Assembly: GCA_951406725.2 (NCBI GenBank)
Contig: OX597832.1
Span: forward strand, 39,122,001-39,186,000
From: Octopus vulgaris
Lineage: Eukaryota
Reading direction: 5' to 3'
Length of the DNA: 64,000 bases
The position numbers and the translations under genes are program-made. Positions 59,430 through 64,000 of this stretch are shown here, one piece after another; positions within the stretch are counted from its first letter, which is position 1, and each line of letters starts with the position of its first letter. The notes under the pieces were generated by a model, which worked only from the letters and a program-made list of their open reading frames with translations, had not been told where the DNA came from and ran no database searches.

Positions 59430-61541
59430 GCACAATCTTTACAAAACCTAATATATCAAAATAGTAGATGATTTGTAGAGGTGAAAAATCTGAGATATTA
59501 AATTGTCAGATATAACAGCTGAAGGAGAAACACATCTAAATTAGGAAACCGTTCTTGAAAATAATTAAGTGTTAGCAGTAGCAGCGCTAGCGGTGGTAAT
59601 TGTGCTGTTACAACATCAATGTATTAACCTAATATTTATGTAACAACTACTACAATAATTACGTTCAAATTCCTCTTTATCTCTGTATCTGTCTAACAGG
59701 TGTAGCTTTGTGGCTAGAGATTCGTGGCTCGTAATCATGAGGTTGTGAATGGGGTACACCTAAAAGTTTTTGCTGGGGTACACCTAAAGTTTTGTCAGAT
59801 AAATCAAGTTCAATACATATTTGTATAAATTTGGTATTATTCCATTGGTGTTTCAAAGCGAGTTGGTAGTTATCCCAGTGGTAGAGGCCAAGCGAGTTAC
59901 ACAGCCTTCGTATACGTTAAGAGTGTAATGACTCTGATCCTATACATATATATATCATCCAACAGCTTATCACAGATCAAGAACGAAAACAGCTGCAATA
60001 GAAAGTGAATAAAGGAGCCTATATATGGTCAACCTACCTGCAAGAAATAGGTGACATTTCTCCCTCAAACTACATCGTTTGTTCGGAATAATCGATGTAG
60101 GAACACTATATTTTGTTATGTAACCATAATATACTACAAGGTGTATTAAACGCATTGTAAGTCAATACCTACCATGTTAACAGGGTTATTAAAACACTTT
60201 TAAGGTTACCTCTAGAATGGGACACAGTATTAACTTATAAAATCGTTTATTATAATTTGCAGTAAATTATAGTTGCATAACGAAATACGGTGTTCCTCGA
60301 GTCTGTATTATTTACGTACCAGCTGCCAGGAATGCGTTCAATATGTAAAATTGGAGCTGGCAGAATCGCCTAAGTGACATGCCTAGCGGTATTTCGTCCT
60401 TCTTTATTTTCTGCGTTCAAATTACACCGAAGTCAACGTTGTGTTTCCTCCTTTCGGGGTCGAAAAAATAACTACCAATTGAATACTGGGGGGTCTATGT
60501 AATCCCCCCAAAATCGTTGACCTTGTGCCAAAATTTGAAATCAATATGTAAAATCGATATCTCTAATAGTGTCACAGAGATATCCATAGTAGTTATTTAA
60601 GCAATGAGTTCGTAGGCGGTTAATGGATTACATGTGGTGATGAATTAGGAGCAAGAACTCCTGAAATATGCTCATTACTTATTTTTCCATCTTCGATTAG
60701 TTTGCATTGTTTATCTTAGACTTATTTGGAAACGAAACGTCGTAACAAGTCGGTGCTACCTACAATTTCTGTTGAGATTACATTAAAAAGGAACGACCAT
60801 GATTTAGAACGCCTTTAATAACAGAGGTCACTTTGATAAGGGCTGATCAGGAGCAAAACAACAACAAGAACTTCTCTGTGGCATTTACCTATTTTTACAA
60901 ATCTGAGAAATATATTCTGCGACGGTCGTATTTCTCGCAAGAAAAAATCTTCTTCAATCGGAAATTGAAACCGAAACGCAAGCTTCGTTCGACTGCCATT
61001 CATTTCTTACTGAATGTCGCTCATTTAAACGGGGAATTTTTCTTCGTTGTTTTTGTCTTTTCATTCTTCAGAAAATTATCCTACTACTATATTTTCTTTT
61101 TCTTTATCAATATGGTAACTTGTCAAGTATTCATTAACAAGATAATAAAAGCTAAAAGTATAGGAATTGATGTAGTGCCTGCTAGCTTAGTCAATTTCTG
61201 TGTTTATATTTGGAGAAGTTATAAGTGTTATGAGTTCATAATGCCGGTTCAACTCTTAATGAAATTGGCTGTCATTGACAGGTCATGTGACTACTACTAC
61301 TACTAATACTAATACTACCACCACTAATGCTACTACTTGCAGATTATCTCTCGAATACCCACTGTTCTCTTCTATAGAATATGTTAAGTTCTTATACACG
61401 TTGTATATCTCAGATGAATTCGGCATTTAATGGTGTTGCTTAGTGTATTACTATGTGAATGCGAATATATGTACGTGAGTATGTCTGCGAACAGGTCTTG
61501 CGCTGCGTGTATGAGATTATGCCTGCGTGTGCTTGCATGTG

Positions 61542-61710
<169 letters not shown>

Positions 61711-61878
61711 ACACATACACACACACATACATATATATACATATGGAGAGGTACGTGTTTCTCTGTGTGGACTTGTTTTATGTGTATGTAATTGAGCTGT
61801 GAGGTTACATGTGTGTCTTTGTGTATTTTAGAATGCGTGCGTATGTTCATGCTTGTATACGGTTGTATGTGGTTGTGT

Positions 61879-61932
<54 letters not shown>

Positions 61933-61965
61933 ATATATATTATATATATATACATATGTATATAC

Positions 61966-62011
<46 letters not shown>

Positions 62012-62682
62012 ATATATATATATATATATAGTGGGGTGTTCTTTGTATGTAGTTGTGATGTGTATTTACAAGAGTGTTTGTATGTATGTGTTTGTATGTA
62101 TATGCGTGCGAGCTTGTTTTGATATGTTTGGTTTTGTGAATGCGAGCGTATGTGTATGTTAATACGTGTCAGCGTGTGTGTGTGTGTGTGTGTTTCTCTA
62201 TATATGTGCATATCTGCCGTAATTTTCAAATGCGAAACATGGAGAACCATTAAATGCCTGTCAACTAAATCAAAGTTTTTCTTTGAAATATTATTCTGCT
62301 TTATTAAAGGTGTTGAGGTGATGTGACTGGTAAATAATTTGACATATATAACTAGACAGATATCGTTTGTGCCTCTACATAAAGAATCTTTATAATTCTT
62401 TTGGAGAGTTTCCTCAACTTCGAGGAATTTTCAGTTTGTATTTTTTTAATGAAAATAACTGAGATTGTTTTGGAGAATTGGTGCGATCGATAAAATATAG
62501 TACCTGTCAAGAACTGTGTATTTTCAAAATCCGTATTCACCTCCTTAGTAATAGATGTCATTTTGTGACTAAATAGAACACCGTTATTTAACAAAAGAAA
62601 ATGGTGATTAACAGGATGGAAAAAATAATCTGGAGCGTATTAATTCCAACTGAGATCGACTTTGCATGTTGCTTTCATGGTT

Positions 62683-63311
62683 CTATTAAAATGTGAATTT
62701 GAACTCAGAACGTAGCGGCAGACGAAATACCTATTTCTTTACTACCCACAAGGGACTAAACACAGAGGGCAAACAAGGACAGACAAACGGGTTAAATCGA
62801 TTATATCGACACCAGTGCGTAACTGGTACTTAATTTAATCGACCCCTATTAAAATGTGAATTTGAACTCAGAACGTAGCGGCAGACGAAATACCTATTTC
62901 TTTACTACCCACAAGGGGCTAAACATAGAGAGGACAAACAAGGAAAGACAAACGGATTAAGTCGATTATATCGACCCCAGTGCGTAACTGGTACTTATTT
63001 AATCGACCTCGAAAGGATGAAAGGCAAAGTCGACCTCGGCGGAATTTGAACTCAGAACGTAGCGGCAGACGAAATACCTATTTATTTATTACCCACAATG
63101 GGCTAAACATAGAGAGGACAAACAAGGACAGACAAACGGATTAAGTCGATTATATCGACCCCAGTGCGTAACTGGTACTTATTTAATCGACCCCGAAATG
63201 ATGAAAGGCAAAGTCGACCTCGGGGGAATTTGAACTCGGAACGTAACGACAGACGAAATACCGCAAAGCATTTCGCCCGGCGCGCTAACGATTCTGCCAG
63301 TTCGCCGCCTT
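62683..63311 (-). mobile_element. SINE family 1 head-to-tail multimer (one head plus repeated headless units)
   Basis: Junction GACGAAATACCTATTT repeated near 62722, 62885 and 63068. The tRNA head is present only at 63262-63311. Confidence 0.92.
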
Positions 63312-64000
63312 AATGAATCAACATAAGGAACTATGGCTTCCATATCACCAAATATTTTGCTTATCGATAGCAAATCATACAATGCGTTTTTATTATTATT
63401 ATTATATTGAAGAAGAGTAAGACTGCGAGCTGGCAGAATCGTTAGCATATCGGACAAAATGATTAGCGGCGGTATTTCTTTCGTCTTTACACCACTCTGA
63501 GTTCAAAAGCAACCGCAGTCGACTTTGTTTTTAATTCTTTCGGTTCGATAAAATAAGTACCAGTTAAACACTGGGGTGGATGTAATCGACTTACCATTTC
63601 CTTCGAAATTGCTGGTGATGTGCCAAAATATGAAACCATTATATTTAAGAACAGTGGGCCGGTTGAATCGTTAGCGTGCTGGTTAAAACGTTTAGTGGTA
63701 TGTTCTCTGTTACTTTATGTCCTGAATTCAAAATCTGTTGATATCCACTTTGCCGTTCATCCTTTCGAAAGTCGATAATGTACCAGTCAAGTAATGAATC
63801 GATATAATCGAATTCAACAAACTCTCCAACCCCTAAAATTGCTGGCCGTGTACCAAGATTCAAAACAGTAATATTGTAAATAAATATACTCGCAGCATCT
63901 CGCATACCTTCGCTATTTTGACATTTAAGAAACAAAAAACAAAAAGAAATATTATAATATGCCTCTAAAAACAAAATCCATTTTCAAACTATAAATAAAT

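Noticed and set aside
60833-61306. 157-aa ORF
   Set aside because: Non-ATG start, AT-driven composition, no recognisable domain.
62683-63311. Ribozyme within the SINE-1 multimer unit (retrozyme)
   Set aside because: No CUGANGA/GAAA core found on either strand by eye. Other ribozyme classes are not excluded.

Overview
Eukaryotic, AT-rich, extremely microsatellite-dense DNA with no supportable intact host gene. The SINE families and repeat content look like an octopus (coleoid cephalopod) intergenic or intronic region; this is an inference from remembered repeat sequences, not a search. Almost all listed ORFs are microsatellite artefacts. The real coding remnants are all transposon-derived: a Ty3/Gypsy integrase with a probable LTR, a Penelope-like GIY-YIG endonuclease, two mariner fragments, an R4/Dong-type LINE 3' end and two CR1-like 3' ends. 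There are also two non-autonomous Helitrons, a solo LTR and many tRNA-derived SINEs of at least four families. The most interesting signals are at RNA level: (1) several minimal type I hammerhead ribozyme motifs, including an inverted twin pair with a compensatory U3-A8 core inside interleaved inverted repeats (37.0-37.6 kb) and a three-copy family with a U6 core variant; (2) head-to-tail SINE multimers at two loci joined by the same self-complementary junction, suggesting copying from a circular or end-paired RNA; (3) a dispersed multi-hairpin element showing covariation. Coordinates were read by eye, so boundaries of diverged repeats are approximate.
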